The notes: generated by a model from the sequence alone, not told the origin. 64,000 bases of DNA from an uncultured Candidatus Saccharibacteria bacterium (GCA_964650255.1 CAZYQT010000005.1:2006-66005); one strand, 5' to 3'. Counted from the first letter of the stretch, positions 28,406 through 39,442 are shown. Numbers and translations: made by a program.

Positions 28406-30373
28406 ATGATACCAATACCGCGCAATCCATTCGACATAGAGGGATCAGATTCGGCCCGCAAGGACCGGCGGAGTTTGGATTGGGAAGAAAGTGCCATGGA
28501 TTCCCAAACAGATGTAGAAGGATTTGCCGATGAAGCTCGTACGCCGTTTTCATCTCGCTGGTTACACTTTGGGATTGTGGTGGCGTGCGGCGTAATTTTA
28601 TTTCAACTGTTTAATTTGCAAGTTATGCAAGGTCGAGACTTGCGCGCTTTGGCTGAAGGTAATCGGCTACGTATTCAAACCATTTTGGCGCCACGCGGCT
28701 ATATAGTCGATCGGAATGGCGAACAACTTGCCCGTAACACTGCTAGCTTTAGCTTGGTGGTTACTCCTGCGGACGTGCCGAAAGATGGATTGGACAAGAT
28801 TATCGATCAACTCAGCCAACTGTTAAATATTCCCCGAGAAGAAATTCAGGACAAGCTTAAGGATCTCAATCGCAATTCGCTGCAGCAAATTGTTGTGAAG
28901 CGGGGGATCAGTCAGCAAGAAAGTATTTTATTTGAAACTCGCGCCAACGAGTTTGCCGGCTTCTCGGTGAGGAGTATTCCTATTAGAGAGTACTTAGATG
29001 CAGAAGCATTTTCGCATGCTCTTGGGTACACTGGTGTCATTTCTGAAAGTGAATTAACTGCACTAGAAGAGGAGGATTATGACCCAAATGACTTTATTGG
29101 AAAATCTGGGATCGAGCTGTCCTATGAAAAATATTTGCGAGGGGTAAATGGCAATACCCAGGTTGAAGTTGATGCTAGTGGGCGACCAATTAAATTACTG
29201 GGCAATGTTGAACCAAAGCCAGGCGATATTGTCCAATTGAGTATTGATGCAGGACTCCAAAAACAACTATATAATAGTTTTACAAAACTAGGCGGAAATG
29301 TGAAAGGGGCAGCAGTAGCACTTAATCCAAAGACTGGTGAGGTGCTGGCCCTTGTGTCTGTGCCTGGATTTAACAACAATATGTTTGCGTCAGGTATTTC
29401 CGGCGATGATTACAAGAACTTGCTGGAGAATAAAAACCTACCGTTGTTTAACCGAGCAATTTCCGGGGCTTATCCCCCAGGGTCAACAATTAAAATAATT
29501 GGCGCAGCTGCTGCATTGCAAGAAGGAGTGGTTACAGAAAACACAGTTATCAATGATAACGGTTTGTTGGTTATTCCAAATCAATACAACCCAAGCATTA
29601 AATATAATTTTTACGGCTGGAAGCATAGTGGCTTGGGTCCAATGACAGTTAAGTCTGCGATCGCAGAAAGTAGTGATATTTATTTTTACACCGTAGCCGG
29701 TGGTCATCCAAGTTCTAAAATTCACGGCCTGGGAGCAGACAAGTTAGCGAGTTACTATCGTCGATTCGGCATGGGAAGCGTAACTGGAATAGATATCCAG
29801 GGCGAAAAGCCTGGCCTTGTGGCAGACCCAGCTTGGAAAGCTAATTATTTTGAAAACGATCCGATTTCCAGTAAGTGGTATTTGGGTGACACCTACCATA
29901 TTGCAATCGGTCAGGGTGACATGTTGGCTACGCCACTTCAGGTGGCAGTATGGACTGCGGCAATTGCTAACAATGGCACTTTCAACAAGCCGCATTTGCT
30001 AAAGCAGGTGACTGATCAAAACGGCGGTACCGTGTTTGCACCTAAGCTAGAAAAATTAATTGATTCGCAGATTAGTCAAAGTTTTTTGAAAGCAGTACAA
30101 GAAGGTATGCGTGAAAATGTTATTGGTAGCAATGGAAGCGGGCGTCAGCTGGCCACTTTGTCAATGAGTTCGGCTGGTAAGACTGGTACTTCACAGTTTG
30201 ATGGCGCAGACCCAAGCCGTACCCACGCTTGGTTTACTTCTTACGCACCATACGAAAACCCGGAAATCGTAGTTACAGTTTTAGTTGAAGCTGGTGGTGA
30301 GGGGCATGCTGCAGCTGTACCGATTGCTAAAGATGCGCTAAAATGGTGGGCAGATAATAGGCATGGAAAGTAA
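28406..30373 (+). CDS. mrdA: Penicillin-binding protein 2 (peptidoglycan D,D-transpeptidase)
   Basis: STxK (GSTIK), SxN-like and KTG (AGKTGTSQ) motifs, and an N-terminal TM. Confidence 0.85.
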   Translation: MIPIPRNPFDIEGSDSARKDRRSLDWEESAMDSQTDVEGFADEARTPFSSRWLHFGIVVACGVILFQLFNLQVMQGRDLRALAEGNRLRIQTILAPRGYIVDRNGEQLARNTASFSLVVTPADVPKDGLDKIIDQLSQLLNIPREEIQDKLKDLNRNSLQQIVVKRGISQQESILFETRANEFAGFSVRSIPIREYLDAEAFSHALGYTGVISESELTALEEEDYDPNDFIGKSGIELSYEKYLRGVNGNTQVEVDASGRPIKLLGNVEPKPGDIVQLSIDAGLQKQLYNSFTKLGGNVKGAAVALNPKTGEVLALVSVPGFNNNMFASGISGDDYKNLLENKNLPLFNRAISGAYPPGSTIKIIGAAAALQEGVVTENTVINDNGLLVIPNQYNPSIKYNFYGWKHSGLGPMTVKSAIAESSDIYFYTVAGGHPSSKIHGLGADKLASYYRRFGMGSVTGIDIQGEKPGLVADPAWKANYFENDPISSKWYLGDTYHIAIGQGDMLATPLQVAVWTAAIANNGTFNKPHLLKQVTDQNGGTVFAPKLEKLIDSQISQSFLKAVQEGMRENVIGSNGSGRQLATLSMSSAGKTGTSQFDGADPSRTHAWFTSYAPYENPEIVVTVLVEAGGEGHAAAVPIAKDALKWWADNRHGK

Positions 30374-30388
30374 TCGAAGAAAAAACTA

Positions 30389-31261
30389 GTGGAACATCAG
30401 TTTATAAAAAATTCAAACGAGATTGATGGCCGCGCAATTGCAGCGGCTTTGTTTAGTAATATTAAAGCACGCGTGGAAAAATTAAATTTTCAGCCGCTGC
30501 TTTGTGATGTAATTGCAGGCGAGGATGCAGTTTCGATTTCATATGTAAAAATTAAGCGCAAGTTTGCCTTAGAATGTGGTTTGGATTTTTCGTTGGTGCA
30601 CTTGCAGAATGCAACTACTGCTGATGAAGTAATTACTGCTATTCAAATGGAGCAACAAAAATCAAATTTATGCGGGCTGATTGTCCAGTTGCCATTGCCA
30701 AAGCAAATTAACTCAGAGGATGTGTTGCGCGCCATAAACCCAGAAGTAGATGTTGATTTGCTAAACCCGCAATCATCAGAAAAATTTTATGAAAACCAAA
30801 GCAGTTTAGTCCCACCAACGCCTGGGGCAATTATGCAGATTTTGGAGCAACTTCCAATTGATCTTGCCAAGGAGAAAATTTTGGTTCTTGGGCAGGGCGA
30901 TTTAGTCGGCCGGCCGGTTACTAGTTTACTTCGAGCGAAAGGTTATGCAGTCGATGTTGCTACTGGCGATACTCCGAATAGACTAGAACTTTTGAAACAG
31001 GCAACTGTGATTATTAGCGGAGTGGGGAAGTCAGGAGTGCTAACTGGCGATGATGTTAGTGATGGAGTGGTTGTAATAGACGCTGGAACATCAGAATCTG
31101 GCGGCTCTATTTATGGCGACGTGGACTTTGAAACAGTGGCTCCCAAAGCGAAATTCATCACACCATCACCAGGTGGAGTTGGGCCAGTAACTGTGGCAAA
31201 ACTGTTGGAAAATGTTTTAAATGTTGCAGAACAAAGAGAGGGTAAAAACTATCAACAGTGA
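30389..31261 (+). CDS. folD: Bifunctional methylenetetrahydrofolate dehydrogenase/cyclohydrolase
   Basis: Typical FolD sequence (PGGVGPVTVAKLLEN). Confidence 0.85.
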   Translation: MEHQFIKNSNEIDGRAIAAALFSNIKARVEKLNFQPLLCDVIAGEDAVSISYVKIKRKFALECGLDFSLVHLQNATTADEVITAIQMEQQKSNLCGLIVQLPLPKQINSEDVLRAINPEVDVDLLNPQSSEKFYENQSSLVPPTPGAIMQILEQLPIDLAKEKILVLGQGDLVGRPVTSLLRAKGYAVDVATGDTPNRLELLKQATVIISGVGKSGVLTGDDVSDGVVVIDAGTSESGGSIYGDVDFETVAPKAKFITPSPGGVGPVTVAKLLENVLNVAEQREGKNYQQ

Positions 31262-31265
31262 AGGC

Positions 31266-31294
31266 TTGACAGGGACTTCATTAATCTGTAAGAT
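31266..31294 (+). promoter_or_regulatory. Sigma-70-type promoter for greA
   Basis: TTGACA, a 17-nt spacer, then TAAGAT. Confidence 0.5.
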
Positions 31295-31321
31295 GTAGAC
31301 CAATACTATTTTTAAATCCAA

Positions 31322-31783
31322 ATGTCTAAAAAATATTTACTAACCCAAGAAGGGTTGCTGAAACTGAATGAAGAGCTTAAGCATTTAATTAATGATAAGC
31401 GCAAAGAAGTTATTGAGCGCATTCGCGAAGCTGCAGCGCATGGTGATCTAAGCGAGAATGCGGATTATGCCCAAGCGCGTGAAGAGCAATCTTTCATTGA
31501 AGGTCGTATCCAAGAAATTGAAGATATGATTAAGAATGCAGAAATTATTACTGCATCAACACAGCATAACAACGTAACCATTGGCTCAACCATTAAAGTA
31601 AGGGTTGATGGCGAAGAGCGCACCTACTCAATTGTAGGTAGCAACGAAGCTAATCCGAGTGAGGGCAAGATTTCCAATGAGTCTACTGTAGGAAAATCTC
31701 TGCTTGGTAAAAAGATCGGTGATAAGGTTGTAATCGAAACCCCAGCTGGTGAAAAAGAATACGAGATTGTGGGGATTAACTAG
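31322..31783 (+). CDS. greA: Transcription elongation factor GreA
   Basis: Coiled-coil N-domain and FKBP-like C-domain (GDLSENADYAQAREEQ...). Confidence 0.9.
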   Translation: MSKKYLLTQEGLLKLNEELKHLINDKRKEVIERIREAAAHGDLSENADYAQAREEQSFIEGRIQEIEDMIKNAEIITASTQHNNVTIGSTIKVRVDGEERTYSIVGSNEANPSEGKISNESTVGKSLLGKKIGDKVVIETPAGEKEYEIVGIN

Positions 31784-31822
31784 CATCGCGTAAGATCGAG
31801 ATAATATTTAGATAAAAAGAAG

Positions 31823-31857
31823 AGCGGCGAAGTCGAGAGACTCTGCCGCTTTTTTTG
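31823..31857. terminator. Bidirectional Rho-independent terminator between greA and the convergent gene
   Basis: AGCGGC...GCCGCT stem followed by TTTTTTT. Confidence 0.6.
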
Positions 31858-31859
31858 AT

Positions 31860-32399
31860 TTATTGCGTCGTATCCGTGAGGTCATGGATGATATCGGCCC
31901 ACTCATCATCATCAATAACTTTCTTTTTGCTGAAAGCGAGATAACAGAATAATGGTAGGCCAAATAAAGGTACCGAAAAGGCAATTCTTTCATACCAAGC
32001 CATGTCATCGATAGGAGCAAAACTAAACACGTTGAAGAAAAAACAAGCGAAGAATAGTGGTATGGGAATTGAAGCAAAGAACAGTGCATGTTGCCACCAC
32101 CTCCATTGCTTGAACGGGATACTGATCTCTTTGGTTTGCGAGCTTAAGATTCTCGAGGTATTTTCTTCCTCTCTTAGGTCACGCGCCGTTTTTAGCAATT
32201 CCACGGAGCTGGGTTGTACCTCAATAGCAATGCTGAGGATCAAAAAGAGAAATACCATCCCAAGAACGGAATAAAATCCAAAGACTTTATAATTTTCTGA
32301 TCCCAAGAGAAGCAAAGAAATAAATATCCATGGAACTGTCATTAGAAACAGTAATTTTAGCCATAGCCTAGAATTAGCCCTTAACAATTTTATACCCAC
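31860..32399 (-). CDS. Hypothetical membrane protein (179 aa)
   Basis: Four TM helices and an acidic C-terminus. No family recognised. Confidence 0.5.
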   Translation of the reverse strand: MGIKLLRANSRLWLKLLFLMTVPWIFISLLLLGSENYKVFGFYSVLGMVFLFLILSIAIEVQPSSVELLKTARDLREEENTSRILSSQTKEISIPFKQWRWWQHALFFASIPIPLFFACFFFNVFSFAPIDDMAWYERIAFSVPLFGLPLFCYLAFSKKKVIDDDEWADIIHDLTDTTQ

Positions 32400-32520
32400 A
32401 TTAGCCTCCTTACTAAGTATTTTTTATTATTATGCATATTTAATTCCCAAAAGTCAATTAGTTCAAACCCCTATTTTTTGCTATAATTTAAAGACTAAAA
32501 ATCAAGAAAATCTTACAAAA

Positions 32521-33987
32521 ATGAACGAAAGACTGGACGATATTATTGCGCATCGCAAGGCCAAGCTGGAAAATCTCAAAGCTGCTGGCATGGAGCCGTA
32601 TCCATCAACTACTGAGCGCACTCACACTAACAACGAAGCCTTAGAAAAATTTGATGAGCTTTCCAACTCACATACGCACGTTATTTTAGTTGGTCGCATA
32701 CGCAGCATGCGTGGCATGGGCAAGCTACTGTTTTTGCATATTGATGATGGCTCTGCCCGAGTTCAAGTTTTGTTAAAGTCTGATAGTATTGGTGAAGATC
32801 GCTTTGGGTTTTTTGTAGATAATTTTGACTTGGGTGATTTTGTTCAAGTAAGCGGAACATTATTTGTCACTAAAACTGGTGAGCAAACTTTGCAAGCCAC
32901 TGATTACAAAATGCTGGCTAAGTCTTTACGACCCCTTCCAAGTGAACACTACGGTTTAGAAGACGTTGAAACCAAACTACGCAAACGGTACCTGGATGTT
33001 TTATTAGATTCCGAAGCACGCGAACTGTTCATCAAGAAAAATAAGTTCTGGACTTCTATGCGTAGCTTTTTAGTAGAACGTGGATTTCTTGAGCTGGAGA
33101 TGCCAATTCTTGAATCAACTCCAGGTGGTGCAGAAGCGGAGCCATTTACTACACACCACAATGCTTTGGATAGGGATTTCTATTTACGTATTTCTCTAGA
33201 GTTGCCTCTTAAAAAGATGTTAGTTGCCGGGTATGAAAAAGTGTTTGAGATTGGCCGCATCTTCCGCAATGAAGGAATTTCTACCACTCACCTGCAGGAC
33301 TACACGCAAATGGAATTCTATTGGGCTTATGGTGACTTTGAGAAGTTGCAAAAGTTTTTACAAGAGATGTATCAACAAATGATCCAAGACACTTTCGGGA
33401 CATTGCAAATTACTTCTGGTGGTGTGACCTGTGATTGGTCCGGAGATTGGGAAAAAGTTGATTACATGGCTTTGTTCAAAGAGCACACTAATATAGATCT
33501 AGAAACTTGCAGTGATGAAGACTTGAAAGCTTACGCAAAATCGCAGCACATTAAGTTTGAAGATTTTGCACAGCGCGGACGTTTAATAGATTTAATTTTC
33601 AAAAAAGTTCGTTCCAACATTAAAACAGACAAGCCGGTATTTTTGGTAAATCAACCGATTGAGCTAGAGCCACTCGCAAAGCGCGATCCGAGCAATCCGA
33701 AAGTTGTTCAACGGTTACAAATCATGGCTTACGGCACAGAGCTTGGTAAGGGGTTCGGTGAGCTAAATGATCCTATTGATCAACGCCTGCGTTTTGAAGA
33801 ACAAGCCAAGCTGCGCGAGGCGGGCGACAATGAGGCGCAAATGCTAGACGAAGATTATATGGAAGCCATGGAATACGGCATGCCCCCTGCAGCAGGATTT
33901 GGCTTATCAGAGCGTTTATTCGCAGTTCTGGCAGATAAGTCCATTCGCGAAATAGTTGTGTTCCCACCAATGAAAAATAAGGAATAA
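32521..33987 (+). CDS. lysS: Lysine--tRNA ligase, class II
   Basis: OB anticodon-binding domain plus class II motifs (FRNEGISTTH, ...GLSERL). TTGCTATAAT lies at 32478-32487 upstream. Confidence 0.9.
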   Translation: MNERLDDIIAHRKAKLENLKAAGMEPYPSTTERTHTNNEALEKFDELSNSHTHVILVGRIRSMRGMGKLLFLHIDDGSARVQVLLKSDSIGEDRFGFFVDNFDLGDFVQVSGTLFVTKTGEQTLQATDYKMLAKSLRPLPSEHYGLEDVETKLRKRYLDVLLDSEARELFIKKNKFWTSMRSFLVERGFLELEMPILESTPGGAEAEPFTTHHNALDRDFYLRISLELPLKKMLVAGYEKVFEIGRIFRNEGISTTHLQDYTQMEFYWAYGDFEKLQKFLQEMYQQMIQDTFGTLQITSGGVTCDWSGDWEKVDYMALFKEHTNIDLETCSDEDLKAYAKSQHIKFEDFAQRGRLIDLIFKKVRSNIKTDKPVFLVNQPIELEPLAKRDPSNPKVVQRLQIMAYGTELGKGFGELNDPIDQRLRFEEQAKLREAGDNEAQMLDEDYMEAMEYGMPPAAGFGLSERLFAVLADKSIREIVVFPPMKNKE

Positions 33988-33990
33988 TAT

Positions 33991-35343
33991 ATGTTAGACA
34001 TCAAATTTATCCGCGACAATACAGATGCGGTCAAAAAAGCTATTCAAGACAAAAATGTAGATTTAGATTTAGATCGTCTTTTGGAATTAGATGAACAACG
34101 ACGCAACCTTTTGCAAGAGAACGAAACGTTTTTAGCAACCAAGAACGCTTTTTCGAAAGAACTCCCAACTTTAGATGAAGAAGCTAAGAAGGTTAAGCTT
34201 TTGGAAATGCAGGAAATGGATGCACATCATACTGAGGTAAAAGAAAAGTTGCGCAACATTGAAGCTGACTACAATGGTTTAATGCTTTTGGTGCCAAACA
34301 TTCCATCACCAGAAAGCCCGATTGGTAAAGATGATACTGGCAATGTTGCATGGAGCTATTGGTCTCCAGAACTTGGTAAGGTGGATCCTAATGAGCAAGA
34401 CAAAGTTGCGCAGGTGCCAACCAAATTTGATTTTCAGATTAAGGACCATATTGCTTTGGGTAAGGATTTAGATTTAATTGATACTGATCGCGGCACCGAA
34501 GTATCTGGTTTTCGAGGTTACTATTTAAAGAATGAATTAACTTTGATGCACCAAGGGCTAATGTGGCATGTGATGGTGAAGTTGCGAAGCAAGGGGTTCA
34601 CTTTAATGCAAACCCCGACTTTGGTGCGAGAGTTTCCATTAACTGGCGCGGGAATGTTTCCAACTGGAAAAGCAGAAGTGTATCAGGTGGCCAACGCTGC
34701 TGGAATGGAAAGCCCTGAAGGCGAAATTAAAGAAAAGCAGTACCTTGCCGGCACATCTGAACCAGCCTTAATTGGTTATTACGCTAATCAAATTTTAGAT
34801 GAAGCTCAATTGCCGATTCAGCTTTCTGGGATATCAGCATGTTACAGAAGTGAAGTTGGTAGTTACGGTAAAGACACCAAGGGATTGTACCGCGTTAAGG
34901 AATTTTTGAAAGTTGAGCAAGTAGTAATTTGTAAAGCCGATATGCGCGAAGGCGAAGTATGGCTCGAAAAACTGCGTGAAATTTCCGAGGAAATTCTTCA
35001 GGAATTGAAATTGCCATACCGCGTATTGAATATTTGCACTGGTGATATGGGCGCAGGTAAATACAAGATGTATGATATTGAAACCTGGATGCCTGGCCGC
35101 AATAGTTACGGCGAAACTCACAGCGACTCCAACTTAACGGATTGGCAAGCACGTCGTTTGAATATCCGCTACAAAGATAAAGAAGGTAAAACTAAATTTG
35201 CTTATACGCTAAACAATACTGCTGTTGCCAGTCCGCGCATTTTAATTGCAATCCTCGAAAATTATCAGCAGGCAGACGGTAGTATTAAAGTCCCAGAAGT
35301 TTTGCAAAAGTACGTTGGCGCTGAAGTCATCAAGAAAAAATAA
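33991..35343 (+). CDS. serS: Serine--tRNA ligase
   Basis: N-terminal coiled coil and a class II core (YRSEVGSYGKDTKGLYRVKEF). Confidence 0.9.
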   Translation: MLDIKFIRDNTDAVKKAIQDKNVDLDLDRLLELDEQRRNLLQENETFLATKNAFSKELPTLDEEAKKVKLLEMQEMDAHHTEVKEKLRNIEADYNGLMLLVPNIPSPESPIGKDDTGNVAWSYWSPELGKVDPNEQDKVAQVPTKFDFQIKDHIALGKDLDLIDTDRGTEVSGFRGYYLKNELTLMHQGLMWHVMVKLRSKGFTLMQTPTLVREFPLTGAGMFPTGKAEVYQVANAAGMESPEGEIKEKQYLAGTSEPALIGYYANQILDEAQLPIQLSGISACYRSEVGSYGKDTKGLYRVKEFLKVEQVVICKADMREGEVWLEKLREISEEILQELKLPYRVLNICTGDMGAGKYKMYDIETWMPGRNSYGETHSDSNLTDWQARRLNIRYKDKEGKTKFAYTLNNTAVASPRILIAILENYQQADGSIKVPEVLQKYVGAEVIKKK

Positions 35344-35351
35344 ATTATCCT

Positions 35352-36644
35352 ATGGCCCGCACAGATAAAGTTCAATCCATGTTAGCGTTTTTTGCGCGAA
35401 AGATTTTGGCTAAACATCAGCCATTTATAATTGGAGTTACTGGCAGCGTTGGCAAAACTTCCACGCGCCACGCTATTGCGGCGGCCCTTGGGGCAAAATA
35501 CAAGTTGCGCGAACCGATTAAAAACTATAACAACGAAATTGGCATTCCTTTAACTATTATTGGTACCAAAAGTTGGGATGATGATGCCGGCTCTTTTGCC
35601 AAACAAAAAGCTTTAATGCGCATTATTTTGAAAGGACTTTTAGCTTGGCTTGGTAGCGATTACCCAAAGGTTTTAGTGTTAGAGTATGGCGTGGATCATC
35701 CTGGCGATATGGATATTTATTTAGAAATTGCTAAACCAAATTTAACCGTATTTACGGCTGTAGATTTTTCCCACAAGGAATTTTTTGAGTCCCAAGAACA
35801 AATTGCTCAAGAAAAAGGAAAGCTGGCAGCAGCCCTGCCTGCAGATGGAACTTTTGTGTATAACGCAGATGACCCGCTTGTCGCTTCTCAGGTAGCAAGA
35901 ACCACGGCGCGAACGGTTTCTTTTGGCACTGCTCAAGCCGGACATAGCGCAGACGTGATTTTAGAAAAAGTTGATATTTCCTTAGGGGGTCAAACTTTTT
36001 CAAATTTGCAAATTAAAACTCCTAGCAGAACTTTGCATGTAACTTTACCAGCGATTGGCGCTGCTCACGAGAAAGCTGCACTGGTTGCAGTTGCCGTTGC
36101 AGAAGCTATGGAGGTAGAATCAGATTTAATTATCAATGGGTTAGCAAATTACCGGCCAATGCCTGGGCGTTTGAACGTTATCTCTGGAATTAAAAAATCT
36201 ATAATTCTTGATGACTCCTATAATGCGGCACCCATTTCCACAATTGCCGGCTTAAATCTATTGGCTAAGTTTCCGAACAAAATTAAAATGGCAGCTCTTG
36301 GTGACATGCTAGAGCTTGGTGATAGTACAGACAAGGCGCACAAAGAAGTTGGGGAACTGGCAGCGGCTATGGACCTGCAAAAATTAATTACAGTGGGAGA
36401 GTTGGGTAAAAAGATTGCAGTCAGTGCAATTGCAGCAGGTATGCCAGCAGAAAAAGTAATTTCATTTCCAGATAGTGACACGGCTAAGAGTGAAGTCTTA
36501 AAAATGCTTGAGCCAGAAAGTGTGATTTTTGTGAAAGGCTCGCAAGGAGTACGTATGGAAAAAATTAGCAAAGAGTTAATGGCACAGCCTCTCAGCGCTG
36601 CACAATTTTTGCCCAGGCAATATGGTAAGTGGTTGGAATCGTAA
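35352..36644 (+). CDS. murF: Mur ligase family protein, MurF-like (UDP-MurNAc-tripeptide--D-Ala-D-Ala ligase)
   Basis: P-loop GVTGSVGKTST and Mur ligase middle and C-terminal domains. Confidence 0.7.
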   Translation: MARTDKVQSMLAFFARKILAKHQPFIIGVTGSVGKTSTRHAIAAALGAKYKLREPIKNYNNEIGIPLTIIGTKSWDDDAGSFAKQKALMRIILKGLLAWLGSDYPKVLVLEYGVDHPGDMDIYLEIAKPNLTVFTAVDFSHKEFFESQEQIAQEKGKLAAALPADGTFVYNADDPLVASQVARTTARTVSFGTAQAGHSADVILEKVDISLGGQTFSNLQIKTPSRTLHVTLPAIGAAHEKAALVAVAVAEAMEVESDLIINGLANYRPMPGRLNVISGIKKSIILDDSYNAAPISTIAGLNLLAKFPNKIKMAALGDMLELGDSTDKAHKEVGELAAAMDLQKLITVGELGKKIAVSAIAAGMPAEKVISFPDSDTAKSEVLKMLEPESVIFVKGSQGVRMEKISKELMAQPLSAAQFLPRQYGKWLES

Positions 36645-36659
36645 AATCGTAGAAACAAA

Positions 36660-37802
36660 ATGTTTTTCAAAAAGAAAAAACCAAAAATCGATCCCAAGAT
36701 TCGCTTTCAAAATAGGCAATTTAATCAAAAATTACATCAAGCAAGGACCTATAAACGAACTGTTCGCGCCATTCCAGAAGGCGGCTTTCAGCGGTTTTTA
36801 ACAGCGATCGGATTGGGTAGTGCCTGGAAGCAAATTTTGGCCTTACTAATTTTGGGCGGACTGATTTATATAGTTTATATTCCCAATTTTTTGAGCATTC
36901 AGAAAATTATTATTACTGGCATGTCGCCTGATGACACTACAGCCACACAAAACGCCGTGGAAGAGGTTATTAAGAGTGCGCATTTTTTCGACCCTCAGCG
37001 TAATTTATTATTTTTAAGCAAGAGCAGAGTCAGTCAAGCTGTTATGCATGTGGCCGGGGTTGATCGAGTGAATAGCATCAAAAAAGATTTCAAAAACAAA
37101 ACTGTTACAATATCAATTACATCTAAGTATGAAAGATTCTTAGTGCGCGACTCTGAAAAAGTTTATGATGTTTATAATGATGGCACCACAAAAGGTATAG
37201 CCGGGGTGGATAGGACCTATTGGGAATCATTACAAAACCCTGGTATGGTTAAGATTGATTTGAAGGGTAAGGTAATGAATGCCGACAATAAGCAGTTCCT
37301 TTCACCGGAAACAGTTAAGTATATTTTGGAAGCAGAAGATCAAATGAAGGGAATCGTTGGTTCCAGTTTGGCATTTGTGCAAATTACTTTGCCGGAGGTT
37401 AAAAAGCCAAGTGGCGAATTTGAGGAGAGCCCAGTTCCAGAAGTTGAAAATGCTCAGCCTGAAAAAGTTTCCCTTGATGATAAAATGACCACGCAGCTAG
37501 AGCCAGAAAATGATGGCAAGCCCGCAGTGGACGTTATATTGCCAACTCCAGAACCGCTGATTGAAATTAATTTGCCCCTAAAGGCTGATGAGCTAGAATT
37601 TTACTTGCAAAAAGGCAGTGACTCAAAAACCCTTTTTAGGGTTTTGATTGACACAAAAGAAAGTCCGCATGACATGGTTCAGCGGTTGAATTTATTACTG
37701 TCCCAAACTGCCTCTGATCGGTATAATTTATTAGCTTATATTGATTTGCGAGTAAAAACCCGAGCGTTTGTGTGCTTGCTTGGAACTGTTTGTGATAAAT
37801 AA
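36660..37802 (+). CDS. ftsQ: FtsQ/DivIB-like cell division protein (TM plus POTRA)
   Basis: Basic N-terminus, one TM, then a POTRA-like IQKIIITGMSPDDTTATQNAVEE segment. Lies downstream of murF. Confidence 0.5.
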   Translation: MFFKKKKPKIDPKIRFQNRQFNQKLHQARTYKRTVRAIPEGGFQRFLTAIGLGSAWKQILALLILGGLIYIVYIPNFLSIQKIIITGMSPDDTTATQNAVEEVIKSAHFFDPQRNLLFLSKSRVSQAVMHVAGVDRVNSIKKDFKNKTVTISITSKYERFLVRDSEKVYDVYNDGTTKGIAGVDRTYWESLQNPGMVKIDLKGKVMNADNKQFLSPETVKYILEAEDQMKGIVGSSLAFVQITLPEVKKPSGEFEESPVPEVENAQPEKVSLDDKMTTQLEPENDGKPAVDVILPTPEPLIEINLPLKADELEFYLQKGSDSKTLFRVLIDTKESPHDMVQRLNLLLSQTASDRYNLLAYIDLRVKTRAFVCLLGTVCDK

Positions 37803-37822
37803 AAAGCCGCGTAAGCGGCTTT
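37803..37822. terminator. Bidirectional hairpin terminator
   Basis: AAAGCCGC-gtaa-GCGGCTTT with an A-run before and T/A after. It separates the convergent ftsQ-like and GT-C genes. Confidence 0.5.
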
Positions 37823-37835
37823 AAAATGCATGTGG

Positions 37836-39440
37836 TTAGTTTACTTTATATTCTGTTACGTAAACCCATGTTCCCACATAGGGTCTGACTTCAGCAAAAC
37901 TTTTTTGAACTACTTCAGTCCAGTTTTTTGGTGTAGTGGGTTTGCTGCCGCCGAAGCCGTTGGTCCACAATAGCCACACAGTGTCGCCGTGTCGTGTTGA
38001 ATCGGAAAAATTAAGGACTAGATCATCATCAGTGAGGATGGCAGTGCCAGCATAGTGAGGTAGGTCATGTGTGAGGTGGCCATCAGTAAAAAGTAGCGGC
38101 TTCACAGAAGTTTCGTTGTAGTATTTGTAGTTGAAAAATTCAAAACTACTACCCACATAAATTTTATGTTGCGGTTCAACATTGGCGGTAAGGTATGCGC
38201 TGGCTGCGGCCATTCCCGGTTTAGTTTCTAATTGGAGCTTATCCCAATAATTCCAAACTGAGTAAAGATTTAGTAAAACCAGAACCAGGCTAAGTAAAGT
38301 AGCTAGTTGTTTGATTTTAAATTTACTTAGGAATAACGCCACTAAAATAGAATAGTACGCGCTGCAGAATATGAAATAGCGCACTAAATAGACTGAGCTG
38401 TTGTTGCCTTGGAGTTTGGCAATTATATAAAAGAGGATTGCGCCGCCGAACGGAGCTAGGAATGCCAGTATCGCCAGCCATTTTTCGGTTTCTTGCAACT
38501 TACGAATTACTTGAACAATAATTAGTAAGGTTAACATGGTGACAAATATCCAAAGAGGATTTGGGATTTGCCAGGATCCAATTAGCGGAAGTTTGGTTAT
38601 AGAATTGGGTAATCGAATGAGTAATTCCCATAATGTTGATGGAATACTCCATTCATCCATTGGCGGGATCCAATATCCAGCGCCGACTTGCTTGAATTGG
38701 AACAAAAAGACTTTCAACCAAGGAATAAATAGTATACCAATTCCCAGACCCGACAGCACCATCCAGCCGTATCGTTTAAATTCACCTTTGAAGTTAATAA
38801 TGCAATAAATGATTGCGTATATTCCTAGGGCTGCAACAGTGAACAACAAATAATAGTGAGTGTAAGTTAGAATGGCACTACACAATGTGAAGACCGCATA
38901 GTAAATTAGGAATCGTTTTTTTAACTTTGTCTTCAGTACTATATTGGTTTTACTGGCGTAGTAAGCAGTTTGATTGCGCAGAGCAGCACATAGAGCTAAT
39001 GCGGCAATCACTGCAAAGAACGCACCCATGGTGTACATGCGGGCTTCAGTGACATACTGCACTTGAAAAGGATTCACTGCAACGAACAGCGCAGCCCACA
39101 AAGCGGCACCTCGGTTGTTAAAGGCATATTTTACTAGATAATAAACGCCAATGACTGTGCCAACTCCGAAAAGCACGGACATGCCTCGCAGTGAAAACAA
39201 AGAGTTGCCAAAAATATAAGACCAAATACGCAAGAAAATATAATACATTGGTGGATGAACATCCAAACCAATTCGGTGCATCATTTCGCCCCATGGGTAT
39301 TTAATCAGCAACGCAGAAAAAGCTTCATCGTGCCAAAGCGATATTGAAGTCAAATGCCACAAACGCAGTACGAGTCCTAGGGCAGCGATGCAAATTAAAG
39401 CGAAATTGGTGCTAACTAGACTTTTGGCTTTTTGAATCAT
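37836..39440 (-). CDS. GT-C family glycosyltransferase (PMT/ArnT-like, GT39/GT83), 534 aa
   Basis: First-loop DE motif (LWHDEAFSA), ~12 TM helices and a C-terminal soluble domain. Confidence 0.7.
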   Translation of the reverse strand: MIQKAKSLVSTNFALICIAALGLVLRLWHLTSISLWHDEAFSALLIKYPWGEMMHRIGLDVHPPMYYIFLRIWSYIFGNSLFSLRGMSVLFGVGTVIGVYYLVKYAFNNRGAALWAALFVAVNPFQVQYVTEARMYTMGAFFAVIAALALCAALRNQTAYYASKTNIVLKTKLKKRFLIYYAVFTLCSAILTYTHYYLLFTVAALGIYAIIYCIINFKGEFKRYGWMVLSGLGIGILFIPWLKVFLFQFKQVGAGYWIPPMDEWSIPSTLWELLIRLPNSITKLPLIGSWQIPNPLWIFVTMLTLLIIVQVIRKLQETEKWLAILAFLAPFGGAILFYIIAKLQGNNSSVYLVRYFIFCSAYYSILVALFLSKFKIKQLATLLSLVLVLLNLYSVWNYWDKLQLETKPGMAAASAYLTANVEPQHKIYVGSSFEFFNYKYYNETSVKPLLFTDGHLTHDLPHYAGTAILTDDDLVLNFSDSTRHGDTVWLLWTNGFGGSKPTTPKNWTEVVQKSFAEVRPYVGTWVYVTEYKVN

Positions 39441-39442
39441 AA